NCBI GenBank assembly: GCA_964652095.1
Contig: CAZZAC010000001.1
Span: forward strand, 9,258 to 73,257
Length of the DNA stretch: 64,000 bases
Reading direction: 5' to 3'
DNA from: an uncultured Dehalococcoidales bacterium
GTDB taxonomy: Bacteria > Chloroflexota > Dehalococcoidia > GIF9 > AB-539-J10
Shown here: positions 29,714 to 39,743 of the stretch, in pieces
How the letters are laid out: each line of letters starts with the position of its first letter
Numbering within the stretch: the stretch's first letter is position 1
Made by a program: the position numbers and the translations under genes
Notes under the pieces: model-generated
What the model was told of the DNA's origin: nothing
Seen by the model: the letters and a program-made list of their open reading frames with translations, nothing else
Database searches by the model: none

Positions 29714-30481
29714 CTATATAACCGCACCGCCATCTACAACCAGAACATGTCCGGTCACATAGCTGGAAGCATCAGAAGCCAGGAAAATCACAGCCCCAAC
29801 CATCTCGTCAGGTTCGGCTACACGCTGCAATGGAGTCCTCGTCATGACAGCTTGCGCAATATCCGGGTTGCTCCAGAGAGCTTCGCTGAACCGAGTTTTG
29901 ACCAGTCCCGGCGCTATCGCATTCACCCTGATGTTATACTGAGCCCACTGCTGTGCCATCACTTTCGTTGCCATAATCACCCCAGCCTTACTTATGGAGT
30001 AAACCGGCAAAATGTCGGGGGTAATCCCAGCTACTGAAGCGACATTGATAATTTTACCCCCACCTTGCTCTTTCATCAGCCTGGCTACCGCCTGGCTTAG
30101 AAAGAATAGTCCTTTCAAATTGAGATTCATGATGGAGTCCCAGGCACGCTCTTCTATATTTATAGCCGGGTCCATGGTCGGGTTGGTACCAGCGTTGTTC
30201 ACCAGAATATCAATTCTGCCAAGCTCATCTTTTACCTTCGGGACCAGATTATTTATCTCCTCCATCCTGCCCACATGTGTTGCTACGGCCATTGACCTTC
30301 GCCCTAATCCCTTTATCTCTTTAGCCACCTCCTCAAGGTCCGGCAATTTGCGGCTGGTTACAGCTACGTCAGCACCAAATTTGGCAAGCCCCACAGCAAT
30401 AGCCTTCCCAATACCCCGACTGCCACCGGTCACCAGGGCCACCTTGCCTGATAGAGAAAAAACATCTGGGGAAATACTCAT
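29714..30481 (-). CDS. SDR family oxidoreductase
   Basis: ORF 29714..30499. [29 protein letters not shown]. Start at MSISPD. Confidence 0.8.
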   Translation of the reverse strand: MSISPDVFSLSGKVALVTGGSRGIGKAIAVGLAKFGADVAVTSRKLPDLEEVAKEIKGLGRRSMAVATHVGRMEEINNLVPKVKDELGRIDILVNNAGTNPTMDPAINIEERAWDSIMNLNLKGLFFLSQAVARLMKEQGGGKIINVASVAGITPDILPVYSISKAGVIMATKVMAQQWAQYNIRVNAIAPGLVKTRFSEALWSNPDIAQAVMTRTPLQRVAEPDEMVGAVIFLASDASSYVTGHVLVVDGGAVI

Positions 30482-30694
30482 TGCGCACCTCCTGAACAAG
30501 ATTCATCAGCTTTGATAAAAGCCGACACAAAAGTATATATTACAGATGGTGCCATACGCAACTTGAACAGCAGGTACTTATCCGCCGTACCGGGCATCTC
30601 ATTTTACTCATCGCCAGTCTTGTCAGGTCGCCACCGGCATAATAGGCTTGCTGGCGCTGGTTTCAATGGCGCTGGCTGTCTGGGCAACTACATA

Positions 30695-31717
30695 TCATAC
30701 ATACGATTCGGCAAGCTGGAAATAGCTCTGGGCGGCAGTTAACACCTTGGCCTTTTCTTCCTCGGGAATGTAAGGGTCGTCGAGCTTAAAGCTTTCTACC
30801 TTGCCCCTGACGTAAGCCCGGTAGCACTTGTAGAAATTGAGCAATTTCAAGAGCTCTTCATCATGGCTCAGCTCCACATAGGTATTTACCAGGTGTCGGG
30901 AAAGGCCAGCCTGCTGATAGCGGTCTAAGTCCATAGCCAGAAAGGCGATCTCCGAGGCCACGTCGGAATATCGGAATCTGTCGTTAAATTCAATGCAGTC
31001 GTAAATACAGATATCGTCAGTGAAGCAAACATGAGCGGCATGAAGGTCGCCATGGCAATCCCTTATTTCCCCTTCTTTTACTCGCTTATCGAACAGGCTT
31101 GTGTTACTGTCAATGAAGTTATTAGTGTAATTCTTAATGTGCTGATATTCCTCGGCGGTGATGGAGATTCCAATATATTTCTCGGTTTGAGCGAAGTTCT
31201 CATCGGTATTCTGGCGAATAACATCCAACTTGCCGAAGGCGGCAATCCTTTGATTTGTTTCGGCCTTTTGGTGAAAACCCACTAATTTTTCAGCCACCCT
31301 GGCTATCATTTCCAGAGTTACCTGACCTTGGGGTAAAAGCACATCCATCATGCGGTCTTGGGGCAACTGCTTCATTTTGACAGCGTACTCTATCGCCTTG
31401 CCTCGCCCTTCAATGCGAAGCAGATTGCTTCGTCGCTTCGCTCCTCGCAATGACATTGTTATTGGTACCACGGCTAAATAGGCACCGGGACAAAGGCGTC
31501 TATTTAACTCCAGCTCTTGATGGCAGAAGAAATGGCGTTTCTCCAAAGTAGTGTAATCCAGATAACCCAGATTGACCGGCTTTTTAATCTTGTATACATA
31601 CTCGCCGGTAAGGAAAATAAAGGACATCTGGGTCTGGACCAGTTCTATCTTTTGTGGTTTATGGGGATAGGCTTGGGACTCAAGGAGGGCTCTAACTATA
31701 GGTAGTAATATTGACAT
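30695..31717 (-). CDS. phosphotransferase (APH/choline-kinase-like) family protein
   Basis: 340 aa. Catalytic loop CHGDLHAAHV and a later D..D motif. Confidence 0.6.
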   Translation of the reverse strand: MSILLPIVRALLESQAYPHKPQKIELVQTQMSFIFLTGEYVYKIKKPVNLGYLDYTTLEKRHFFCHQELELNRRLCPGAYLAVVPITMSLRGAKRRSNLLRIEGRGKAIEYAVKMKQLPQDRMMDVLLPQGQVTLEMIARVAEKLVGFHQKAETNQRIAAFGKLDVIRQNTDENFAQTEKYIGISITAEEYQHIKNYTNNFIDSNTSLFDKRVKEGEIRDCHGDLHAAHVCFTDDICIYDCIEFNDRFRYSDVASEIAFLAMDLDRYQQAGLSRHLVNTYVELSHDEELLKLLNFYKCYRAYVRGKVESFKLDDPYIPEEEKAKVLTAAQSYFQLAESYV

Positions 31718-31735
31718 AAGACTTCTCGTGAAATT

Positions 31736-33031
31736 TCAAGGTCTTTCCCATACGGCTGCCATTCCCTGCCCACCACCAATACACATGGTTTCCAGGCCAT
31801 GATGCAAATTTCTATGCACCATATCGTAGATGATGGTAACTGCTATTCTCGCTCCGGTGCAGCCAATAGGATGACCCATAGATATGCCACTACCATGAGG
31901 GTTAACGTGGTCGAAATCCCAATCAAGCTCTTTCATGCAACCTAGTGTCTGAGCAGCAAAGGCTTCATTAAGCTCAATAACATCAAAATCTTTATTGCCA
32001 AGCCCCGTCTTTTTGAGCACCTTTCTTACCGCCGGCACAGGGCCTAATCCCATGTATTTTGGGTCTGTCGCGCCTGAAGCCCAGGCTCTAAGGGTTGCCA
32101 TAGGTTCGAGACCCAATTCTTTAGCTTTGTCTCGGGACATAAGCACTACGGCAGCCGCAGCATCATTAATCCCTGAAGAGTTACCGGCAGTGACTGTTCC
32201 GTCTTTTCGGAATGCCGGAGGTAGCTTGGCCATTTTCTCCATGGAAGTGTCCATAGGCCGCTCATCGGTATCAAAAACAACAGGCTCTCCTTTTTTCTGC
32301 GGGATAGGAAAAGGAACTATCTCATCCTTAAATATGCCCTCCGCTATGGCTTTGCGCGCCCGCATATGGCTAAGATAGCCTATCTCATCCTGCTGTTGGC
32401 GAGTGAAGCCATATCTATTGGCGATTTCCTCTGCGGTATTTCCCATATGATAACCGTAAAATATTTCCCACAATCCATCATAGACCATGAGGTCTATAAG
32501 CTCTCCCCTGGCTCCAACATCCATGCGATAGCCCCAGCGGGCTTTAGGGAGAAGGTAAGGGGTGTGGCTCATGCATTCCATGCCTCCAGCGACTACGACA
32601 TCGGCATCGCCCAGCACTATGGCTTCTGCTCCCAAAGTGATAGCTTTTAAACCTGAGGCACAGACCTTATTCACCGTAAAGGCAGGGGTTTCTTTAGGAA
32701 TGCCGGCGTGGATACAGGCCTGGCGAGCTGTGTTTTGCCCTTGCCCTCCTTGAAGAACATTTCCCATAACTACTTCGTCAACCTGAACAGGACGCAAAGA
32801 AGAATCGTAATCATAGTGCTTTTTCTCCAGCTCTATTATTCCATCAGGCTTGAGTGCGTCAGGGCCATAACTGAGTAATTCTTCACTGGACTTCGGCCTT
32901 AATCCTGCCCGCTTAAGTGCTTCTTTGATCATCGCGGCACCTAGCTCAACAACAGGCATACCTTTTAAAGAACCACCAAAGGCGCCAATTGCTGTCCTGG
33001 CACCACTAACGACAACTACTTCTTTCTGCAT
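31736..33031 (-). CDS. acetyl-CoA C-acetyltransferase (thiolase II)
   Basis: 431 aa. VVVVSGARTAIGAFGGSL, the active-site Cys in NKVCASGL, and C-terminal GGGQG. Confidence 0.85.
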   Translation of the reverse strand: MQKEVVVVSGARTAIGAFGGSLKGMPVVELGAAMIKEALKRAGLRPKSSEELLSYGPDALKPDGIIELEKKHYDYDSSLRPVQVDEVVMGNVLQGGQGQNTARQACIHAGIPKETPAFTVNKVCASGLKAITLGAEAIVLGDADVVVAGGMECMSHTPYLLPKARWGYRMDVGARGELIDLMVYDGLWEIFYGYHMGNTAEEIANRYGFTRQQQDEIGYLSHMRARKAIAEGIFKDEIVPFPIPQKKGEPVVFDTDERPMDTSMEKMAKLPPAFRKDGTVTAGNSSGINDAAAAVVLMSRDKAKELGLEPMATLRAWASGATDPKYMGLGPVPAVRKVLKKTGLGNKDFDVIELNEAFAAQTLGCMKELDWDFDHVNPHGSGISMGHPIGCTGARIAVTIIYDMVHRNLHHGLETMCIGGGQGMAAVWERP

Positions 33032-33124
33032 GCTTTAATCTCCTTTTACCAGAATTTCCTCTCAGGCAGTGCAATCCAGATATCTGAGCGAAGACAAATC
33101 ACAGTTTCGCACTCTAATGTGGGG

Positions 33125-33541
33125 CTATGAAGGTCTGAATGCCAAAAAGTTTGTCGAGTTTTCTCCTTCGCCCCTATGTAAGAACTCTACCTGAAGAGGA
33201 GTGCCAATTGTTATGGTTTCAGGCTTGCTCCCATCCACTCCCTCAATGCGAGCAACAACCCTCACCCCCTCCTCCAACTGTACGACTCCCGAAACATAAG
33301 GATGTTTCCTATCATAACCTTCTTTTATCATGAGTGGAGGGCCTATAGCTATGCAGGTGAAGGCAGCAAGCTTGCCCTTTCCCTTCATCTCAACCCATTC
33401 CATTTCAGTGCCATAGCACTTAATGCAAATGGAGCGAGGAGGTACGAAAAGGACACCACACTTCTGGCACCTCGACCCCATGAGTTTATCCTCGCTGAGA
33501 AATCGCTCATAAGAAATATCATTAAAGGGCCTTCCTTCCAT
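33125..33541 (-). CDS. DUF35 OB-fold/zinc-ribbon protein (partner of thiolase/HMG-CoA-synthase-type condensing enzymes)
   Basis: ORF 33125..33667 trimmed to MEGRPFND. Zn ribbon CQKCGVLFVPPRSICIKC followed by an OB-fold. Confidence 0.75.
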   Translation of the reverse strand: MEGRPFNDISYERFLSEDKLMGSRCQKCGVLFVPPRSICIKCYGTEMEWVEMKGKGKLAAFTCIAIGPPLMIKEGYDRKHPYVSGVVQLEEGVRVVARIEGVDGSKPETITIGTPLQVEFLHRGEGENSTNFLAFRPS

Positions 33542-33557
33542 TTGCTTTGTCTCCTTC

Positions 33558-34823
33558 TTATCTTCTTTCCAGAATGGTAAACGTACAGGTACCTCCTGTC
33601 CCCCCCAGGCTCTGGGCTGCCCCGATTCGCAAATCCTTAATAGGGACCTGCCTTTCTCCAGCTTCACCCTTTAATTGTTTCCAAATTTCAACAAGTTGCC
33701 CGGTGCCTGTGGCCCCTACAGGATGGCCTTTGCATTTAAGTCCCCCCGAGGTATTGATTGGCTTTGGGCCATCCAATCTTGTCAGGCCCTCCTCTACTGC
33801 TTTGTATCCTTCCCCTGGCTTGAAAAATCCCAGATCCTCGAGATGAATAATTTCAGCTATGGAGAAGCAATCATGCACCTCGGCAATTTGAACATCTTCG
33901 GGCTTGAGTCCCGATAGCTCGTAAGCTTCTTGTGCTGCATATCTCGTGGCTTCAAAATAGGTAAGGTCTTCTTTGGCATGTAAGCCTTTGCCGCTCCCTT
34001 GCCCTATACCGACCACATGGAGGGGGTTATCGGTGAAGTCTTTGGCTATTTCCTCTGCTACTAACAAAACGCAGCTTGCTCCGTCGCTTATGGGGCAGCA
34101 ATCATAGAGATGCATGGGCCAGGCAACCACAGGATTAGCCCTGGGATCGCGGAGGAATTCCTTTTCGTCTCTCCAAGCAGGTATAGGCTCCCCTTTATTT
34201 TTAGCCCTTTCAATCCTTTGATTCATAATATCGCGGATGGAGACATTAAACTGTGCCTTAGGATTGAGGCGAGCATTATTATGGCTTTTTATGGTGACAT
34301 TCATTAGATGCTCCCGGCTGGCTCCATATTTGTTAAAATAAGCAGTGGCCATGGCACCAAAAACACCGGGGAAGGTAAATCCCGCTTTCACTTCGTAAGG
34401 ACTAGCTGCCATTGCCAGGCCTTGTGTAACTTCCTCTGTGTTACGTTTCGACATTTCCTCGACCCCACCAACCAGGACCACATCATAAAATCCTGAGGCT
34501 ATAGCAAAAACCCCCTCTCTAAAAGCCAGTGCGCTTGCAGCACAGGCACCCTCTGTCCGCGTTGCTGGTTTCGGTGTAAGCCCGATCAAATCCGAGATTA
34601 TGGGACCCCAGTGCCCTTGATGTACAAAAAAATCGTTCGTGAAATTCCCCAAATAAAGAGCATCAATATCTTTAGGGTCTATCCCTTTATCTACTGTGGA
34701 AAGCATTTCATTGAAAGCTTCAGCAAACAAGTGCTTGGAGTCCTTGTCTCCAAACATGCCGAACTTCGACATTCCTGCGCCCACCACGGCCACCCCCCTT
34801 CCCAATTTTCTTCGCCCTCGCAT
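33558..34823 (-). CDS. thiolase-domain protein (SCP-x/archaeal-type acetoacetyl-CoA thiolase-like)
   Basis: 421 aa. VAVVGAGMSKFG, the active-site Cys in TEGACAASA, and C-terminal CKGHPVGATG. Confidence 0.75.
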   Translation of the reverse strand: MRGRRKLGRGVAVVGAGMSKFGMFGDKDSKHLFAEAFNEMLSTVDKGIDPKDIDALYLGNFTNDFFVHQGHWGPIISDLIGLTPKPATRTEGACAASALAFREGVFAIASGFYDVVLVGGVEEMSKRNTEEVTQGLAMAASPYEVKAGFTFPGVFGAMATAYFNKYGASREHLMNVTIKSHNNARLNPKAQFNVSIRDIMNQRIERAKNKGEPIPAWRDEKEFLRDPRANPVVAWPMHLYDCCPISDGASCVLLVAEEIAKDFTDNPLHVVGIGQGSGKGLHAKEDLTYFEATRYAAQEAYELSGLKPEDVQIAEVHDCFSIAEIIHLEDLGFFKPGEGYKAVEEGLTRLDGPKPINTSGGLKCKGHPVGATGTGQLVEIWKQLKGEAGERQVPIKDLRIGAAQSLGGTGGTCTFTILERR

Positions 34824-34884
34824 TTTACCTCCTGAGTAGGAAGTTATTTACAATTTTCCTACTATATCAAATTCCTGGGCTACA

Positions 34885-35400
34885 TCAAAGAATTATCTTG
34901 GGGCGGCACTTATTACAAAAATGCGCCTCCTTCAAGTCGGTATCGGCCAGGCTGTTGGAAAAGTGCATGACACATTTGTTATTGGGGCAATGTCCCAGGC
35001 CGAAGGTATGCCCCAGTTCATGAACTATCTCCTTGGTGGCTCTTTCCAGAAATAAAGCTTCGTCTGGAGCCAAACCATAATACTCTGGTCTTAGTCGACA
35101 TAGGGATATGATTGCTGTTCCTGAGACTATATCGGCTTCACCAAATACGAAGTTAAGCCTGGGCACATAAAGGTCAACATCAGCTATACCAACAACCCTT
35201 TCCTCTCTTTCCGACTTTTTAAGAGAGGCTAGCAATTTTGAGGAAAGGTATTGCTTCCTCTGGGAATCGTAAGCCTGGGCCAAATCGCTAAAACCTGCTT
35301 TTATTTCCGTGGGACAATGGAAAATACCGCCAACCCTATCCCTAAGCTCCTCCATTATTTCGTCAGCTATGTTGCCTAACGGTTTAAGCGTGATCTTCAC
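34885..35400 (-). CDS. archaemetzincin-like zinc metallopeptidase
   Basis: 171 aa. HELGHTFGLGHC (HExxHxxGxxH) plus C-terminal CxxC pairs (CPNNKC, CNKC). Confidence 0.75.
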   Translation of the reverse strand: MKITLKPLGNIADEIMEELRDRVGGIFHCPTEIKAGFSDLAQAYDSQRKQYLSSKLLASLKKSEREERVVGIADVDLYVPRLNFVFGEADIVSGTAIISLCRLRPEYYGLAPDEALFLERATKEIVHELGHTFGLGHCPNNKCVMHFSNSLADTDLKEAHFCNKCRPKIIL

Positions 35401-35508
35401 TTAATTTTTGCTTGCGCTCTTCTCCCAAATAATATCCTAAGATTTTATCACAGACCGAGCAGGGCATGATTCGTAAGTAGTATAATTGCTGGATATCGAG
35501 GCGGGGAA

Positions 35509-36828
35509 TTGAATTACAGCCAGGCAGAAGAGTATCTCAATAGTTTTGTTAATTATGAGCAGATTCCGGGCATATCTTATGCCCAGCCTGGTTATAGCTT
35601 AAGACATGTAGAGGAGCTACTAAATCGTATGGGCAACCCTCAGTTGGCAGCCAGGACGATTCACATCGCAGGCACCAAGGGGAAAGGGAGTGTGGCAGCT
35701 ATGATTGCTCAGGTCTTAAGTGCTTCAGGCTATAAAACAGGGTTATATACCTCCCCCCACCTTCATAATCTAAGGGAGCGTATTAGCATAGATGGCACTC
35801 TAATTTCTGAAGCTGATTTTGCTGCAGCCATGGCTGAGGTCAAGCCTTTTATCGAATCAATGAAGCAGGACACTAGCCTCAGGCAGCTGACTTATTTCGA
35901 GGCATTGACTGCGCTGGCATTCGCTTATTTCCAGAAAAAGCGGGTGGACTTTCAAGTACTGGAAGTAGGTCTAGGTGGCAGCCTTGATGCTACTAATGTA
36001 GCCAGGCCTGTAGTTTGTATCATTACCCCTATCAGCCTGGACCATACTCAGATTCTGGGTAATAGCCTGGAGGAAATAGCTCGGGAAAAAGCAGGCATTA
36101 TCAAGTCCGGCTGCTGGGTGGTGCTTTCCCCCCAGCCAGAAGAGGCGGCTCCGGTAATCAGCGATATTTGTCGTGAGAAGGAAGCGAAGGTGGTTCAGGT
36201 AGGCAAGGAAATCACCTGGCATAAGATAGGCGGTGACCTCCATCATCAATCGCTGGCGATCGAGGGTAGAACAAGTAAATACCAGGTTAGCATTCCTCTT
36301 TTAGGCGATTACCAGCTTGAGAATGCCGCCACCGCTGTAGCTGCTCTAGAGATATTGGCTTCCGAGGGCTTTACCATCTCAGCCGCCGATATTGCTCAAG
36401 GGCTTGCCCGAGTTAAGTGGCCGGGGCGATTCCAAATTTTGCAGCAGCACCCTACGGTGTTGGTTGATGGAGCCCATAATGTAGCGTCGATGAGAAGCTT
36501 GGTGAGCAATATCAAAGCATACTTCAGTTACAAACGGATTTTCCTTGTTTTCGGGACATCCTGTGACAAAGACATACCGGGAATAGTGAATGAGCTGGTT
36601 TCCCTCTCCCCTCAAGTTATAGTTACACGGACAGCACATTCCCGTGCTGCCCCCCTTTCAACCCTGGCTGCCGAGTTCAGCAAGCGAGGCATTGAGCCTA
36701 AAACCGGAGAGACTGTAACCGAAGCTATATCCCGAGCTTTATCTCTGGCAGACAGGACAGATATTATCTGCGTTACCGGCTCTCTGTTTGTCGTGGCGGA
36801 AGCGTTAGATTATTTCTCGAGGGGCTGA
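35509..36828 (+). CDS. folC: bifunctional folylpolyglutamate synthase/dihydrofolate synthase
   Basis: 439 aa. The P-loop IHIAGTKGKGS and overall Mur-ligase-like organisation. Confidence 0.85.
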   Translation: MNYSQAEEYLNSFVNYEQIPGISYAQPGYSLRHVEELLNRMGNPQLAARTIHIAGTKGKGSVAAMIAQVLSASGYKTGLYTSPHLHNLRERISIDGTLISEADFAAAMAEVKPFIESMKQDTSLRQLTYFEALTALAFAYFQKKRVDFQVLEVGLGGSLDATNVARPVVCIITPISLDHTQILGNSLEEIAREKAGIIKSGCWVVLSPQPEEAAPVISDICREKEAKVVQVGKEITWHKIGGDLHHQSLAIEGRTSKYQVSIPLLGDYQLENAATAVAALEILASEGFTISAADIAQGLARVKWPGRFQILQQHPTVLVDGAHNVASMRSLVSNIKAYFSYKRIFLVFGTSCDKDIPGIVNELVSLSPQVIVTRTAHSRAAPLSTLAAEFSKRGIEPKTGETVTEAISRALSLADRTDIICVTGSLFVVAEALDYFSRG

Positions 36829-37082
36829 GTTTCAATAGGAGAGGCAAGGGCTTCTTTGGGTAACATATTGCCTAGAATTTGCTGGAGCGCCATGATGTGG
36901 CTACATGTCTCCCATTGGGAAAAGAAATGACAGGTACAATGCCATTTCCCATTGGCATAGCTTAGCTTGTGGTCATCGTTTTCACCATGGAAGACAGCGG
37001 TTAAACCTGAGAAAGTGACACGACCTGGTTCTTGAGCATACCTTTTGGCTTTTTCAATCTTCCCGATAAGGCTGGATCGCAT
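36810..37082 (-). CDS. small SWIM zinc-finger-like protein
   Basis: 90 aa. CTCHFFSQWETCSHI fits the CxCx(n)CxH SWIM pattern. Confidence 0.45.
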   Translation of the reverse strand: MRSSLIGKIEKAKRYAQEPGRVTFSGLTAVFHGENDDHKLSYANGKWHCTCHFFSQWETCSHIMALQQILGNMLPKEALASPIETQPLEK

Positions 37083-37153
37083 CTTAATTTCCTCTTTTAA
37101 GTATATAACAGGGCGCAGAAAAAGTCCAGCATCTGTACTCGTTCATATGATTA

Positions 37154-37343
37154 GTGACACTTCTTTTTCTATCATTGCGAGAAACGAGATTCCTCGCTTA
37201 CGCTTCGGAACAGGCTCCGCGATCTTGTGGGGCTCCTGGGGATACAGATTGCCACGCCCCAACAAGTCGAGGCTCGCAATGACACAGGAGATTACTACCC
37301 AACGTTACAAACATATGAAGTGTCACCCATCTATCTGAACTAG
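37154..37343 (+). repeat. structured repeat element, copy 1 (about 190 bp; internal inverted repeats; candidate ncRNA or MITE-like element)
   Basis: Shares long blocks of identity with 47925..48130 (gtgacacttc..tcattgcgag....attgccacgccccRacaagtcgRggctcgcaatgacacRggag...ttacaaacatat.aagt.tcacccacctatctgaa.tag). Outer stem tcattgcgag/ctcgcaatga and inner hairpin ccccgac..gtcgggg. Confidence 0.6.
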
Positions 37344-37403
37344 ATCAGCATCCGCAACCAGATACAATTATGCTATCATAGTAGTTGGTTTGGAAACGAT
37401 GTA

Positions 37404-37931
37404 ATGGTCTTTCAGCCGCAACTCAAAATTCTTATCAGCCGTGACGAGATAGCTAAAGCTGTGAACAGGCTGGCTTGTGACATTGAGAGGGATTATCAAG
37501 GTAAACAGCCTTTGCTCGTTGGCGTCCTCAAAGGGTCCTTTGTGTTTATGGCTGACCTTATTCGCCAGCTTGATCTGCCCCTGGAGCTCGATTTTATCAG
37601 ACTCTCCAGCTACGGCGCTGCCAGGGAGAGTTCAGGCAAAATAAGAGTAATTCAAGGGGTCAAGACGCGTATAAAAGGCAGAGATGTTCTGGTAATTGAG
37701 GATATCGTGGATACTGGAATTACCATCTCTTTTTTACTCGATTACTTGAAGAAGAAGCAGCCTGCTTCGTTGAAGCTCTGTGCTCTAACAGACAAGCCAT
37801 CTCGGCGCAGGGTTCCGGTACCCATTGACTATCGTGGCTTCACCGTGCCCAATAAATTTATCGTGGGATATGGACTGGACTGCGATCAGAGGTTCCGCAA
37901 TTTGCCCCACATCTATGCCCTGGAGGATTAA
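37404..37931 (+). CDS. hpt: hypoxanthine phosphoribosyltransferase
   Basis: 175 aa. The PRPP-binding motif VLVIEDIVDTGITI and the typical Hpt N-terminus. Confidence 0.85.
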   Translation: MVFQPQLKILISRDEIAKAVNRLACDIERDYQGKQPLLVGVLKGSFVFMADLIRQLDLPLELDFIRLSSYGAARESSGKIRVIQGVKTRIKGRDVLVIEDIVDTGITISFLLDYLKKKQPASLKLCALTDKPSRRRVPVPIDYRGFTVPNKFIVGYGLDCDQRFRNLPHIYALED

Positions 37932-37934
37932 GAG

Positions 37935-39632
37935 ATGAATTTAAAGGAGCTTATTTCGGTGGCCAGAGGGGAAATACCGGCTGATTTGCTCCTGAAAAAT
38001 GCCCGGATAGTAAATACTTTTGTTGGAGAAATAGAGCAAGCCGACGTGGCTATCTATGGCGATAGAATTGCCGGAGTAGGAGACTATGGTAAGGCCAAGG
38101 AAATTGTCGATTTACAAGGCAGGTTTTTAGCTCCCGGGCTGATTAACGGGCATACGCACATAGAAAGCTCTATGCTTCACCCGGCAAGGTATGCTCAGGC
38201 CGTGGTCCCCAGAGGCACTCTGGCTGTGGTCACCGACTTACATGAAATCGCCAACGTTTGTGGATTTGAAGGAATAAAATTCGTCACGGATTTGGCGCGA
38301 AAGCTCCCACTGGATATGCTATTCATGGCCCCTTCATGCGTGCCAGCAACCCATCTGGAGACATCAGGCGCCCGAATCAGCTCTAAGGAAGTAAAGAAAA
38401 TTCTAGCTCACCCTAATATAATCGGCTTAGGAGAGATGATGAACTTTCCCGGCGTGGTCAGTGGGGATGAAGAGGTTTTAAAGAAAATCAGTGCTTCAAA
38501 GGGCAAGGTTATTGATGGACACGCTCCGGGACTCGCTGGCAAGGAGCTAAATGCCTACTTGTCCGCTGGCATTCTTTCTGACCACGAATCCACTACGTTG
38601 GAAGAAGGGAGAGAGAAGTTGCGTCGGGGCATGTACCTGATGATTCGAGAGGGCTCTTCAGAGAAGAACCTGGACGCCCTTCTGCCTCTGGTTACCGATA
38701 ATACTTATAAAAGATGCTTCTTTGTGGTGGATGACCTTAGTTGCTTTGATTTACTTCGGGAAGGCGATATTGACGCTGTGGTACGAAAGGCTATTGACAG
38801 AGGCCTGGAGCCAATTCGCGCAATTCAGATGGCGACGATTAATACTGCTGAGTATTTCAGACTTTATGATAGAGGGGGCATTGGCCCGGGGTATATAGCC
38901 AACCTTATAACCATCACCGACCTGGCTAAATTAGAGATAGACATGGTGTTTTACCAGGGCAAGCTGGTGGCAAGGCAAGGCAAGCCCTTGTTCCCCTTGC
39001 CCCCTGTTACTCTGGAGCTAAGAGACACGGTACGCATTAAGCCTCCTATGGGGAAATCGCTGCAAATAGCCGCTGTCGATGAGACCTATCCAGTTATCGA
39101 AATCGTCCCCGGACAGATAGTCACCAAGAAGGCGGTGGAAAAGATGAAAGTTGTGGATTGGACAGTTATGCCCGATCTGGAGAGAGATATTCTGAAGCTG
39201 GTGGTGGTGGAACGGCACAAGGCTAGCGGCAATATCGGATTGGGATTAGTGAAGGGATTCGGCTTAAAGAAAGGAGCGTTAGCCTCGTCAGTGGCTCATG
39301 ACTCTCACAACATAATAGCGGTGGGTACCAATGACCTCGACATTCTTAAGGCAATTGAGGAAATTAATAGGCTGCAAGGCGGGCTGGTTGTTTGCGCCAA
39401 CCTGGAAATTCTCGCTTCTTTACCCTTGCCCATCGCTGGCCTGCTTTCCCCTGAGCCGCTGGAGGTAGTCGTGTCCCAGCATGAACAAGTGGAGAAGGCT
39501 GCCGCCAGCCTGGGGAACCTGCCTCCGGCTCCATTTGCCATCCTATCTTTCCTGGCATTGCCCGTGATTCCCGAACTCAGACTGACCGATTTAGGCCTGG
39601 TGGATGTGGTAGAGTTTAAGTTGCTCAAGTAG
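37935..39632 (+). CDS. ade: adenine deaminase
   Basis: 565 aa. Amidohydrolase metal site FLAPGLINGHTHIESSML and overall Ade length/organisation. Confidence 0.85.
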   Translation: MNLKELISVARGEIPADLLLKNARIVNTFVGEIEQADVAIYGDRIAGVGDYGKAKEIVDLQGRFLAPGLINGHTHIESSMLHPARYAQAVVPRGTLAVVTDLHEIANVCGFEGIKFVTDLARKLPLDMLFMAPSCVPATHLETSGARISSKEVKKILAHPNIIGLGEMMNFPGVVSGDEEVLKKISASKGKVIDGHAPGLAGKELNAYLSAGILSDHESTTLEEGREKLRRGMYLMIREGSSEKNLDALLPLVTDNTYKRCFFVVDDLSCFDLLREGDIDAVVRKAIDRGLEPIRAIQMATINTAEYFRLYDRGGIGPGYIANLITITDLAKLEIDMVFYQGKLVARQGKPLFPLPPVTLELRDTVRIKPPMGKSLQIAAVDETYPVIEIVPGQIVTKKAVEKMKVVDWTVMPDLERDILKLVVVERHKASGNIGLGLVKGFGLKKGALASSVAHDSHNIIAVGTNDLDILKAIEEINRLQGGLVVCANLEILASLPLPIAGLLSPEPLEVVVSQHEQVEKAAASLGNLPPAPFAILSFLALPVIPELRLTDLGLVDVVEFKLLK

Positions 39633-39643
39633 AATTAACTCCG
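39469..39643 (+). repeat. direct repeat, left copy (intact 3' end of ade)
   Basis: About 85% identical to 44294..44460 (eye alignment). Together they bracket a 4.65-kb accessory segment. Confidence 0.7.
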
Positions 39644-39664
39644 ATGCAATCGGAGTTTCCTATG
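39644..39664 (+). other. perfect 9-bp stem hairpin (aactccgat gcaa atcggagtt) immediately after the ade stop, at the left junction of the accessory segment
   Basis: Read directly. A near-identical hairpin (ctccgatgaaatcggag) occurs at 48196..48212. Confidence 0.4.
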
Positions 39665-39743
39665 CCGATTCTAGTTAGCGATAAATCCATTTCCCTTCAT
39701 TATATCTTCGCAGTTGTCAGCGGGTCGCCGATCAGCCGCGCCT

